Below, in pieces: positions 18,838 through 27,993 of a DNA stretch of 57,735 nt (position 1 is the first letter of the stretch; each line of letters opens with the position of its first letter). The stretch is taken from NCBI GenBank assembly GCA_964250745.1, contig CAXUHL010000001.1, positions 1 to 57,735 on the forward strand, written 5' to 3'. Source of the DNA: an uncultured Acidobacteriaceae bacterium. GTDB taxonomy: Bacteria; Acidobacteriota; Terriglobia; Terriglobales; Acidobacteriaceae. The position numbers were made by a program, and so were the translations under genes. The notes under the pieces are model-generated. The model saw only the letters and a list, made by a program, of their open reading frames with translations, was not told the DNA's origin and did not search any database.

Positions 18838-19997
18838 GCGGCCTCCCGCGAGCGGACAAGCGTCCAGCGTTGCTTGAGGCGCAGAAAAGGCAGCTCCCAA
18901 GCGTAGTAGCTCAGGAAAGCGAGGCCCACGGTGAGGGCAAGGGCGAGCGCTTTCTCGGCGAAAAGCGTCGGCAGGCTTGGTAAAAGTCCCGCGTGGCGGG
19001 CGAGGGCGCCGGCGAGAAAGAAGCCTGTTTCATGGAAGACGTACAGGCCGAAGGAAAGCTGACCCAGGCGAACCAAAGGTCGCGGGCAGCGGCGCGGCGC
19101 GAGGCCCAGAGCCGAAAAGAAGAGTGCGACCGTGCCGAAGGCCACCAGCGCGTAACCCGCGCAGAGGGAAGAAGCGGAATGGGGCGCCGCGCCGTCTTTC
19201 ATGTGAGCCAGCCCACTTGCCGCGAAGAAAGCGGACGCCGCGAAAGCCGCCTGCGCGAGCCGCCAGGTCGCCCCGATCCGAACCGTGCGGCCTTCAAGGA
19301 GAAGAGCCGCGGCCGCTCCGAGCGCGAGAAACTGGAACTGCACGCCGCTGTTGACCCACGCAAGAACGTGAAGCGTGGATTGGTCGCCGAAACGCGCCAA
19401 ACCGAGAAGCAGCCCGTAGGCGCTCGCGACCGTAACCGCGCACAAGCCGAGCAGGGCGCGGGTCGGGAAGGTACGGCGCAGCAACGGCCAAAGCACGTAC
19501 CACTGCTCCTCGACCGAAATACTCCACAGAGAACGCATGGGCGTGGTGATGGCTGGATGGAGCGCGATGTACCAGTTGCCCGCGAGGAGGGCGGAAGCGG
19601 CGAGGCGTCCCGGCTCGATGCGGAACCCGTGAAAGCGCAGGCCCAGCAGCCCGTAGGCGGCGAGCACGCCAAAGTACAAGGGCCAGATGCGCAGGATGCG
19701 CCGCATGTAAAAGGAGCCGAGGTGAATCCGGCCGGTGAGCGCCCGCTCGCGCCGGAGCAGCTCCGTGATGAGATACGCGGAAAGAAAAAAGAAAACGGGA
19801 ACGCCGCAGCTGCCCGCGCCTTCGAGCGTGCGGAGAACACTCGCCGGCAGCAGACCGGCAAACGAGAGCAATGCGTGAGAAAGCCAAACCATCAGAAAGG
19901 CGAGCAGGCGCAGCAGGTCGAGCTCGGGGCGGTAGAAACGCTCCCCCGCTCCGGGGCGGGCGGCGGACGCAGCGGGCTGCAATGCGCTCAAAGCCAT
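18834..19997 (-). CDS. Acyltransferase family 3 (OafA-like polysaccharide O-acyltransferase)
   Basis: ELDLLRLLA, GVPVFFFLSAYLIT, FYMRRILRIWPLY, WSISVEEQWY, SFGLYVFH. Confidence 0.92.
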   Translation of the reverse strand: MALSALQPAASAARPGAGERFYRPELDLLRLLAFLMVWLSHALLSFAGLLPASVLRTLEGAGSCGVPVFFFLSAYLITELLRRERALTGRIHLGSFYMRRILRIWPLYFGVLAAYGLLGLRFHGFRIEPGRLAASALLAGNWYIALHPAITTPMRSLWSISVEEQWYVLWPLLRRTFPTRALLGLCAVTVASAYGLLLGLARFGDQSTLHVLAWVNSGVQFQFLALGAAAALLLEGRTVRIGATWRLAQAAFAASAFFAASGLAHMKDGAAPHSASSLCAGYALVAFGTVALFFSALGLAPRRCPRPLVRLGQLSFGLYVFHETGFFLAGALARHAGLLPSLPTLFAEKALALALTVGLAFLSYYAWELPFLRLKQRWTLVRSREAA

Positions 19998-21343
19998 GGA
20001 GTCGCCTCCAGAGCCGCCGGGGCGGTTCGAGGGCGCCCCACGACGAGCCACGGAGAGGCGAACGCCGGGCGCGCGTCCGGAGCCGACCGGAGCAGCTTGC
20101 GCACGGCCCGTCGCTCGGCGGCCAACAGCTCGATGCGGGCAAGCGCGGCCGTGTACAGGACCCAGAAAAGGCCGTTGAAGGAGAGCAGGGTGTTCTCGTC
20201 GAAGTCGTACAGCAGGATCAAGAGCAGGGTCGAAAATGGCCAGGCGGCTTGCGCGTAGTTGCCGGCGCGGAGCTCGGGCCAGAGCAGACACGCGCCGCGC
20301 AGAAAGCTGATTGCGAAAAGGGCCAGCCCGCCGGCACCGAGCTCGAGCCAGATTTCGAGAAAGCCGTTGTGCGCGTGAAAGAGCACGAAGCGCAGGGCTA
20401 CGACGACGTCCCAGGAAGGTGCTTGCGCACCGCGCCAAAACGCGGAAAATCCGTAACCGAGCAGAGGACGGTGCAGGATCGCGAGCCAAACCTCGCGCCA
20501 GATCGCAGTGCGTCCGGTGAGGGTCGCGTCGCGTCCGAAAAGGGGGGCCAGGGCTTCGAAGTTGAGGGCAGCCATCGCGGCACCGCCCACGAGCAGCAGC
20601 ATCGAGCCGGCAAAGAATACGGTGCGGGCCTTCGCGTCCAGGCGGCAGCACGCGCGGAACACGAGGAGGCAAACGAGGGTGATCAGGGCTATGCCCCACG
20701 CACCGCGCGATCCGCTGAGAATGAGCTCCGCCGCAAACAAAAGCGCCGTTGCGGTGCGCGCTGCCGACCAGGGCGCGGAGGCCGCGGCCGCCAGGGCGAA
20801 GACCATGGCCCGGCCGCAGGCGTTTTTCTGGGTGAACACACCCTGCCAGTCGCCGCCGTGCCCGGTCGAGGCGTCAAGGCCCAGAGAAGGAAAGCCGATG
20901 GCGAGAACGGCCGACCCGCAGGCAAGCAGAGCGAAGGTGAACGTGAGCAGCGAAAGCAGGCGCTCCTGCGACAGGGCGAGCGCAAGCAGGACGCCGAAGC
21001 CGGCGGCGAGCAGGAACGGAATGGCCCTGCGCGCTGTAAGCAGGGGCGCTTGAGACCAGAAGAAGGAGAAAGCGGTCCAGGCGGCGAGCAGCAAGGGCCA
21101 TCGGAACGAGGCCGCCGAGCGGGCGAAGGCTTCCCGATGCCGGAAAAGCAGCAGCGCGATGAGCCCGTTGACAACCATTTGCGAGCCGATGCCGGCGATG
21201 GACTGGAGAGCGGTCGCCGAAGCACCGGTCATCTCGTTGGCCTGATTCGGTGCGACGCCCGGAATCGACCCGGCCATGCCGAAGAAAGCGAGGACGAGAA
21301 CCAAGGCCGCGTCTTGCGGGGAAAAGCGCGCGAGTCTCGTCAT
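19988..21343 (-). CDS. O-antigen ligase / Wzy polymerase family protein
   Basis: Polytopic; GVFTQKN, LSGSRGA, TLTGRTAIW, PLLGYG, HAHNGFLE. Confidence 0.9.
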   Translation of the reverse strand: MTRLARFSPQDAALVLVLAFFGMAGSIPGVAPNQANEMTGASATALQSIAGIGSQMVVNGLIALLLFRHREAFARSAASFRWPLLLAAWTAFSFFWSQAPLLTARRAIPFLLAAGFGVLLALALSQERLLSLLTFTFALLACGSAVLAIGFPSLGLDASTGHGGDWQGVFTQKNACGRAMVFALAAAASAPWSAARTATALLFAAELILSGSRGAWGIALITLVCLLVFRACCRLDAKARTVFFAGSMLLLVGGAAMAALNFEALAPLFGRDATLTGRTAIWREVWLAILHRPLLGYGFSAFWRGAQAPSWDVVVALRFVLFHAHNGFLEIWLELGAGGLALFAISFLRGACLLWPELRAGNYAQAAWPFSTLLLILLYDFDENTLLSFNGLFWVLYTAALARIELLAAERRAVRKLLRSAPDARPAFASPWLVVGRPRTAPAALEATPWL

Positions 21344-22224
21344 GGCGCGGCGTAGATCAGGGCGGAGGAGGCGGACGCCGCGATCGAGGAAGCGCCGAGG
21401 GCCATGTTCTTGCCAAGCGAGAAGGGGACGTAGACGATGTCGTCGTTTTGGAGCGCGATGTCGGGCGCTTTGCCCCGCTCGACGGCCCGGAGGTGCAGGG
21501 GCTGTTCGGTGGCGACGCCGTTGACCTTGCGCAGCAGCCGGGCATCGTTTTCGGCGGCGGTTTTGGTGCTCCCGGCCGCGAGCGCGAGCGCCTGGAGGAG
21601 GGAGATCCGCGAGTCGTCCTGCATCAGGTAGCCGCCCGGCCGCCCCACATCGCCGAGCACGTAAACAACGCCAGCGCGCGGCACCAGCACGGTATCGCCC
21701 GGCGCTACGTCGACCTCGCCGAGGCCGACCTGGGCGTCGGCATCGTTGGGGACCATCACGGTCACCGGCGGTCCTGCGGGACGGCGGATCGTGACGTGCC
21801 GGTCAGCCGTCCGGGTCAGCCCGCCGGCAGCCGCGAGCACGTCGAGAAGGTTGCGTTTGCTGTTAATGGCGACCGGCCCGGGATGCGCGACTTCACCCAG
21901 AATCTCGACTTGCTGCGCGGTCGATTCCTCGACGAAGACGGACACCTGCGGCTGGTTGAGCAGGTGCTTCGCGCGGTAGCTCTCGGCGATCGCATCGGAG
22001 GCCGCGGCCGCGGAAAGGCCCGCGACCGGAATGGCTCCGACCAGCGGAAGCGCAATGGTCCCAGCGTCTTTGACACGGACCTTGGCATCGAGGTCAGGCT
22101 CGCGAAAGACGTGGACAGAGACGAGGTCTCCCGGCCCGAGCAGGAGGCTTTCCCGCGCGTCCTGGCCGAGGCCGGGCAGGGCGAGCAAAGCCAGCGTGAG
22201 CACGCTAAGCGTTTTGCGCGGCAT
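21340..22224 (-). CDS. wza: Polysaccharide export protein (Wza/GumB, SLBB repeats)
   Basis: LGPGDLVSVHVF, GTIALPLVG, GEVAHPG, GDVGRPG; GGAGG RBS before ATG 22224. Confidence 0.88.
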   Translation of the reverse strand: MPRKTLSVLTLALLALPGLGQDARESLLLGPGDLVSVHVFREPDLDAKVRVKDAGTIALPLVGAIPVAGLSAAAASDAIAESYRAKHLLNQPQVSVFVEESTAQQVEILGEVAHPGPVAINSKRNLLDVLAAAGGLTRTADRHVTIRRPAGPPVTVMVPNDADAQVGLGEVDVAPGDTVLVPRAGVVYVLGDVGRPGGYLMQDDSRISLLQALALAAGSTKTAAENDARLLRKVNGVATEQPLHLRAVERGKAPDIALQNDDIVYVPFSLGKNMALGASSIAASASSALIYAAP

Positions 22225-24490
22225 AGGCACCTCCGTCGTACCCGAAGTAGTCCCGGTACGCACCCGAGTTCGAAGCAAGTCCATTGAGAATGACCCCCAC
22301 CGGAGGGTGAGGCTCGGCACCCTGCCTGAGCGTGTAAAGGCTGCGCTGCAACGCCTGCGGCGCGGTGCGGTTGTGCCTGGCCAGTAACAAGATGGCATCG
22401 CAATGGCCCGCCAGCAGCACGGCATCGGTTACGGGCAGCACCGGCGGCGCGTCGAGGATGATGATGTCGTGCTCCGCCCGGCACCGGTCGAGCAGGGTGC
22501 CCATCGCCGGGGAGGCCAGCATCTCCGAAGGCAGGGGCGGCTGCTCACTCCCGCCGAGAAGGTGCAGATTGGGCCAATCTTGGTAGGGCTGCTCCCACGG
22601 TACCGCGCCCGACCCGGACAGCGCGGACGCGAGCCCTTCACGCCGCGCGCCACCGCCCAACCGGAAAAGGCTGGGCCGTCGCAGATCGGCATCGATGAGC
22701 AGAACCCGTCCGCCTGTTTGGGCGAAGGCGAGCGCGAGATTCTTCGCCAGGGTCGTTTTGCCCTCGCCGGGCAGGCAGCTGGTCACGAGCACGAGCCTGG
22801 AGCCGCCGACCGGTCCGGCGCTCTGCACCGACGTCCTGACACCGCGTACGGATTCGAAAAACGGCACGGAAGCTCCGTTCTTCGGAGGCGGCTCTTGCAG
22901 CCATGCATCCGCCTCGAGGCGTTTGCGCCACGGCAGGCGGGCGCGCGCCTTGCGCTCCGGAAGCACTGCGAGCAAGGGCGCGCCCGTACAAGCTTCGACC
23001 TGCGCCGGTGTCCGTAGGACGCTGCTCGTAAGCTCCGCGAGCGTGGCCGCGCCGAGACCTGCCGCCAGGCCCGCGAGCGTGGCCGCGCCGAGCCAAAGAG
23101 GCCAATTCGGGCTGGCGGGGCGATTGGGTGGCGGCTCCTCGGCCTGGCTCACGATGGAAACGTCGCCGGCGCGCAGACCCTCCAGCAAGCGAGCCTGCTT
23201 GAGTTTCGCGAGCAGGCCTTCATACAAAGACCGGGCGCTGTCGGCTTCCTCGCGGGCCAGCTGGTAGGCGAGCACGGAGCTGTTTTGCTCGCTCGCGAGC
23301 TGTTTTTGCTTCTCAAAAGCGTCGCGGGCGGCAGTTTCGGCCTGCGCAGCGACCTGCCAGTCGGTGTGGGCGCGGCGGCCCAGCCGGTCCGTTTCCGCGG
23401 CCAAGGCGTTGGAGACTCCGTCCAGCTGCGCCTGGAGCTCGGCGACTCTCGGGTAAGCCGAACCGTAGCGGACCTGGCTTTCAGCGAGCTCCGCGCGCAC
23501 CTGGGCTTCCTGTTGGCGCAGGCTCTGGACGAGCGAAAGCGAGCTGTTGACGGACGCGACCGAACCGGTGCTCGAATTGCCGCTCAGGCTGGAGATGAGC
23601 TCGGGGCTGCCGCCGGCCGCGACCCGGTCGATGCTTTCCTTGAGGATGCGATTGCTTTCGGCCGCGGTCAGGGTTTGATTCAGGCTGTCGAGCCGTTCGA
23701 GCACCACGTTACGCGATGCATCGTTGCCGAACATGCCCGTGCCGCGCTGGAGGGCGACCGCGTGCGCTTCGGTCTGCTCGGCACGCGCGCGCAGTTCCTC
23801 CAACTGCCCGGCAAGCCAGTCGGAGCCTTGGCGCGTCGAGGTAAAACGCTGCTCAAAGTTCAGCGCCGCCAACACGCGGACTGCAGCATTCGCGACGGCG
23901 GCCGCGCGGGCCGGGTCGGGATCGGTGTAGGTCACATCGATGAGCCGGGTGCCCGCCAGCGGCTGTACCTTGAGGTGCGCCTTGAAGATGCGCTCGGCGG
24001 CATAGCGGCGATTGGGAGCTTGCGCTAAAGGGACGCTCAACGGTTCGAGCGGCTTGCGCCACGGCAGGCGGGCCAGCCACGCATGCCAGAAAGGCGGCTC
24101 GTGTCCCCTGGCGGCGGGAGCGAAATACTCTTCCGTCGGCTCGAGGCCGGCCTCACGGATGACCGCAACGGCCAGCGCGGGCGAGCGGAGGACAGCGGCT
24201 TTGGTTTGCAGAGTCATCGTGTAGTCGAGCGAGTCGGTAGCGGCGGCCGCGGCGGCAGGTCCGGTGACGCCGTTCTCGAGCCCGAACGCGCCGCCATCCA
24301 TCTTCTGCACCTGGATTTCGGCTGTCGCGTGGTAGCGCGGCGTCGCGAGCGAGCACCAGGCAGCCGCAGCCAGGAGACCCGCGAGCGCGGGCCAGAAAAG
24401 CATCTGCCAGCGCCGCCCGAACAGGGAGGCCAGCGAGGCGAGCGTAACTGCCTGCGGGGCGGGTGCCGGAAGTGGAGGGGTCAGGCTCAT
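22205..24490 (-). CDS. wzc: Polysaccharide co-polymerase / tyrosine autokinase (Wzc)
   Basis: Two TMs flanking a coiled coil; Walker A SCLPGEGKTT, LIDADLRRP, ILDAPP, C-terminal Tyr cluster YRDYFGYDGGAY. Confidence 0.92.
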   Translation of the reverse strand: MSLTPPLPAPAPQAVTLASLASLFGRRWQMLFWPALAGLLAAAAWCSLATPRYHATAEIQVQKMDGGAFGLENGVTGPAAAAAATDSLDYTMTLQTKAAVLRSPALAVAVIREAGLEPTEEYFAPAARGHEPPFWHAWLARLPWRKPLEPLSVPLAQAPNRRYAAERIFKAHLKVQPLAGTRLIDVTYTDPDPARAAAVANAAVRVLAALNFEQRFTSTRQGSDWLAGQLEELRARAEQTEAHAVALQRGTGMFGNDASRNVVLERLDSLNQTLTAAESNRILKESIDRVAAGGSPELISSLSGNSSTGSVASVNSSLSLVQSLRQQEAQVRAELAESQVRYGSAYPRVAELQAQLDGVSNALAAETDRLGRRAHTDWQVAAQAETAARDAFEKQKQLASEQNSSVLAYQLAREEADSARSLYEGLLAKLKQARLLEGLRAGDVSIVSQAEEPPPNRPASPNWPLWLGAATLAGLAAGLGAATLAELTSSVLRTPAQVEACTGAPLLAVLPERKARARLPWRKRLEADAWLQEPPPKNGASVPFFESVRGVRTSVQSAGPVGGSRLVLVTSCLPGEGKTTLAKNLALAFAQTGGRVLLIDADLRRPSLFRLGGGARREGLASALSGSGAVPWEQPYQDWPNLHLLGGSEQPPLPSEMLASPAMGTLLDRCRAEHDIIILDAPPVLPVTDAVLLAGHCDAILLLARHNRTAPQALQRSLYTLRQGAEPHPPVGVILNGLASNSGAYRDYFGYDGGAYAAQNA

Positions 24491-24569
24491 ACGCGCACTC
24501 GCTTGGGAACCTGCCCTTCAGGCTCCCCGCGACTCCTTGGGGGACGACGTTGAGCAAACGCTAGCACCA

Positions 24570-24660
24570 GTTCCGAAAAAAGAGTACGTTACGTAAGTTT
24601 TGCCATTCGGTAAAGAAGTATTGACACGCTGCCGATAAAAGTACGTAGATAGGTAAAGTG
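24570..24660. promoter_or_regulatory. AT-rich divergent promoter region of the EPS locus
   Basis: TTGACA at 24621-24626; AGTACGT at 24583 and 24640; palindrome TTACGTAA 24589-24596. Confidence 0.5.
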
Positions 24661-24689
24661 AAGCGCCGGAATTGGGGAAGCGGTACGGA

Positions 24690-25703
24690 ATGACAGCAAA
24701 GCACCAAACGAGCGGGGGCGCTGGACTTTTCACGGTCGGCATCCCCGTGTTCAACGCAATGCCTTACCTGCCGGAGTCGGTGGAAAGCATTCTCGCGCAG
24801 GATACGGAGCCGTTCGAGGTGCTTGCCATCGTTGACGGGTCGACCGACGGCAGCCTGGACTACCTGCACTCGATTCGCGACGCCCGGCTCCGGGTGGTCG
24901 AACAGCAGCACTGCGGCATCACCTTCACGCTGAACCGCATGCTGCGCGAGTGCCGGACGCCTTGGCTGATGCGGCAGGACGCGGACGATGTCGCGGCACC
25001 GGACCGGGTGGCAAAGGTCGCAGAAGCGCTGCGGGCCGAGCCGGAAGCAGGCATGTTTTACTCGAATGCGGCGTACTACCCGCACGGCAAGAGCGTGGGG
25101 CTGTTCCGCTGTACACGCGGCACCCCTGATCAGATCCGCTCGGTCGCGCGCGCCGGCTACCTGCCTGCCATCTGCCACCCGAGCGTGACGCTCAACGTCG
25201 AAAAAACCCTGGCGATCGGCGGCTACCGGCCGGGTATTCAGTGCGAGGACACGGACCTGTGGTGGCGCATGGCGCTTGCCTATGACATCCACTTCATCCC
25301 CGAGATCCTGCTGTACTTTCGTCAAAACGGAGGGAGCTTGACGACGAAAAACCTGCGCGCGCAGGCCCTCCACGGCCTGTATGTGCAGTATCTGCTGCTT
25401 TCGCAGCTGCAAAGCCGGACGCCGGCGAAGCTTTCCGAGGTCGAGCACGAACTAAGCCGGCTGCTCGAGGAAACACCTCTGGCGGCGAAGGAAAAGCTGC
25501 GCGCATTCAACATGCACCTCGGGCGCGGGGAACGTGTCGACGCCCTTCGCGCGCTTCTGGGCTCGATCGCGGCTTCCCCCTCCTACGTTTTCCGCAGGCT
25601 TCGGGATGAGCTGCTCCCGAAAGCCGAAATCAGCAACGGCGTGGAACCCCGCTTGTTCCGGCAGAGGGAAGAACTGTTTTGGCCACAGCACCCATCGATG
25701 TAG
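24690..25703 (+). CDS. Glycosyltransferase family 2
   Basis: VGIPVFN, VDGSTDGS, RQDADD, CEDTDLW. Confidence 0.92.
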   Translation: MTAKHQTSGGAGLFTVGIPVFNAMPYLPESVESILAQDTEPFEVLAIVDGSTDGSLDYLHSIRDARLRVVEQQHCGITFTLNRMLRECRTPWLMRQDADDVAAPDRVAKVAEALRAEPEAGMFYSNAAYYPHGKSVGLFRCTRGTPDQIRSVARAGYLPAICHPSVTLNVEKTLAIGGYRPGIQCEDTDLWWRMALAYDIHFIPEILLYFRQNGGSLTTKNLRAQALHGLYVQYLLLSQLQSRTPAKLSEVEHELSRLLEETPLAAKEKLRAFNMHLGRGERVDALRALLGSIAASPSYVFRRLRDELLPKAEISNGVEPRLFRQREELFWPQHPSM

Positions 25704-26584
25704 CAGGAAACAGGCGGCGGGTCTGGTTCGGGGCGGCCCCGGTCGACGTGCTCGGCATGGACGAGGCGGCCGAGGCCGTTCTTCGTACCGTCGAGCTGCG
25801 GCGCGGCACGGCTTGTCCGGAACCGGTCCAGGTCATGGGACCGAATGCTTTCCTGGTCACCCTGGCGGCGGCGAACACCAGCTTCGCCAAGGCTTTGCGC
25901 AAGGCCGACTTTTGCCTGCCGGACGGGATGTCCGTGGTGTGGGGGGCGCGCCTGCTCGGAGCGACAGTCCGGGAGCGCGTGCCCGGGGGCGAGCTCATGG
26001 AGCGCTTGTGCGCGCTCGGCGCGAATCGAGGCTTATCGATCTACCTGCTCGGCGGGCTGCCTGGGGCGGCCTCCGGAGCGGCGCGGGTCTTGGTCGAGCG
26101 CTACCCTGGCCTCCGGATTGCCGGGACCGACTGCCCCGAGCCCGGCTTCGAACAGGACCACGAAGCGAACGAGACGGTCCGCGCCCGCATCATCGCGGCC
26201 AAACCCGATTTGCTGTTCATCGCGCTCGGCGCTCCCAAGCAGGAGGTGTGGATGCTGGACGAGTGTCCGACCCTGCCGGCCGGCGTCGCCATGTCGGTCG
26301 GGGCGGCTTTCGACACGCTGGCGGGTTTGCGCAAACGCGCGCCGGCCTGGACGCACGATATCGGGGCCGAATGGCTGTACCGGCTGGTGATGGAACCGCG
26401 CAGGCTGTGGAAACGCTACCTGATCGGCAATACGCGGTTCCTCGGGATCACCGTCCGGGAGGCTTTGCGCTTGCGAAAGGCGGGTGCGGGGAGCAGCTTG
26501 CCGGAGACCTCGCCGGTTGTGAACGAGCAAGCCGGCCCGGAAAAGCCGCCGTCCTCGGAGCCGTTCCCGACCAGAGCTCGCTAA
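25679..26584 (+). CDS. WecB/TagA/CpsF (GT26) glycosyltransferase
   Basis: LPDGMSVVW, RVPGGEL, ALGAPKQE, VGAAFD, EWLYRLVMEPRRLWKRY; start uncertain. Confidence 0.93.
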   Translation: MATAPIDVAGNRRRVWFGAAPVDVLGMDEAAEAVLRTVELRRGTACPEPVQVMGPNAFLVTLAAANTSFAKALRKADFCLPDGMSVVWGARLLGATVRERVPGGELMERLCALGANRGLSIYLLGGLPGAASGAARVLVERYPGLRIAGTDCPEPGFEQDHEANETVRARIIAAKPDLLFIALGAPKQEVWMLDECPTLPAGVAMSVGAAFDTLAGLRKRAPAWTHDIGAEWLYRLVMEPRRLWKRYLIGNTRFLGITVREALRLRKAGAGSSLPETSPVVNEQAGPEKPPSSEPFPTRAR

Positions 26585-26732
26585 GCCTGGTGCGGAAGGA
26601 TCAGGCGCGGTTGCGGCGCTCAACGGACGCCAAGAGTTCCTTCCTTGCTTTAGAACGGCCTGCCGAGAAGGATCGTCCCAAGAGGGACTTCACGAGGTCC
26701 TTCTTGGTCTTCACTCAGATCCCCGTCCCAAG

Positions 26733-26808
26733 GTTATCCTGACGAGCGAAGCCGGGAAGGACCTGCTTTTGGGGTCGCAAAGAGGTAAAGCGGGTCCTTC
26801 GCCTCTCG
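26733..26808. repeat. REP-like palindrome, copy B (degenerate)
   Basis: GTTATCCTGA...GAAGGACCTGCTTT / AAAGCGGGTCCTTC stem; between convergent genes. Confidence 0.7.
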
Positions 26809-26947
26809 CACCGGTACGCCAACGAGTGACGCGACGGAAACCCGCTTTCGTGGTTGCGTGAGGGAAAAGCAGGCCCCTGGGCGCGAGCGGCGGCTCCACT
26901 CAGAAGGACCCCTCTTGAATTTGCCCTGAGCGAAGAAGAAAACCGAC

Positions 26948-27877
26948 TCAGAAACCCCGCACAAAGTCCCGCATGCGCCGCCGCGCTCTTTGCGGCACGA
27001 ACAGGAACAGCAAGAGGCGGACCCAATCGCCGGGCGAGCGCACCCCACTTCGAGCCGCGGCCCCAAGCAGCGCCAGGCGCTCCCGGAGAGGTGCTCCAGC
27101 GGCCTGCGCGGCGCACTCGGTAGCCAGGAAAGCGCGGTAGGCGCGAGCGGGAAAGAACTCCCGGCGCGCGGCCGCCCATTCGTAGGAGAACCGCCAGTTC
27201 TTCACCCGGCCCACGCTTTGACGCTCGCCTTCGACGTGGAAGACGACGAGAGGCGCGCTGCCGACGGGAACCACCCGCACCCCAGGCTGGGCCGCGGCCC
27301 GCAGCAGCCAGTCCCAGTCCTGGTGCTTCAACAGCCCGGGTGTGAACGGAACAGCGAGCAGCAGCGCGCGCGGTGCGAGCAGGGTCGAGGTTTGGAGCAG
27401 GGCGGCCCCGTAACTCCAACCCTTGCGGCAGAACAGGTACTCGGCCATGGACCGGTCCGGACGGTAGGCCTCGCGCGGCCACACCTGCTCCCATTCCGGG
27501 CCGCGGGCGAGCACGGGGCAGCTCAGGACCGGCGTAACGGCTGGTTCCAGCGTGCGGGCGGACCCGAGCTGCGCTTCCAGCTTGCCGGGCAGCCAAAGGT
27601 CGTCGTCGTCGAGAAAGGCGATCCATTCCCCCCGAGCCGCGCGCACGCCGGTGTTGCGCGCTTCCCCGCCGCCGACCGGGGCGGGCAGCGCAAGCACGCG
27701 CACGCGCCCCTCGAACGCAGATAAGGCAGCGACCGTGGCGGCGCCGGGCTCGGGACCGTCGACGACGACAATCACTTCCAGAGGCGAGACGGATTGCGCG
27801 AGCGCGCTGCGGACGGCGGCCGCGGCCATGGCGGGTCGGTTGCGGGTGGGGATCACGACGGAAACGGTACCGTGCAC
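26948..27877 (-). CDS. Glycosyltransferase family 2
   Basis: VSVVIPTRNR, VVVDG, ARNTGV, AFLDDDD, HQDWDW; GTG 27877 with GGAG upstream. Confidence 0.92.
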   Translation of the reverse strand: MHGTVSVVIPTRNRPAMAAAAVRSALAQSVSPLEVIVVVDGPEPGAATVAALSAFEGRVRVLALPAPVGGGEARNTGVRAARGEWIAFLDDDDLWLPGKLEAQLGSARTLEPAVTPVLSCPVLARGPEWEQVWPREAYRPDRSMAEYLFCRKGWSYGAALLQTSTLLAPRALLLAVPFTPGLLKHQDWDWLLRAAAQPGVRVVPVGSAPLVVFHVEGERQSVGRVKNWRFSYEWAAARREFFPARAYRAFLATECAAQAAGAPLRERLALLGAAARSGVRSPGDWVRLLLFLFVPQRARRRMRDFVRGF

Positions 27878-27993
27878 GCTGGTTCTTTCTCCGATGAAAG
27901 GCTGTGGCGCAGAAAGAGCATAAGCTGGGGCAGCGGCCCGGATCGCGGAAATGCGCCGAGCCGCGAAACTAAAGTAAGGACGGCGGGAAAACA

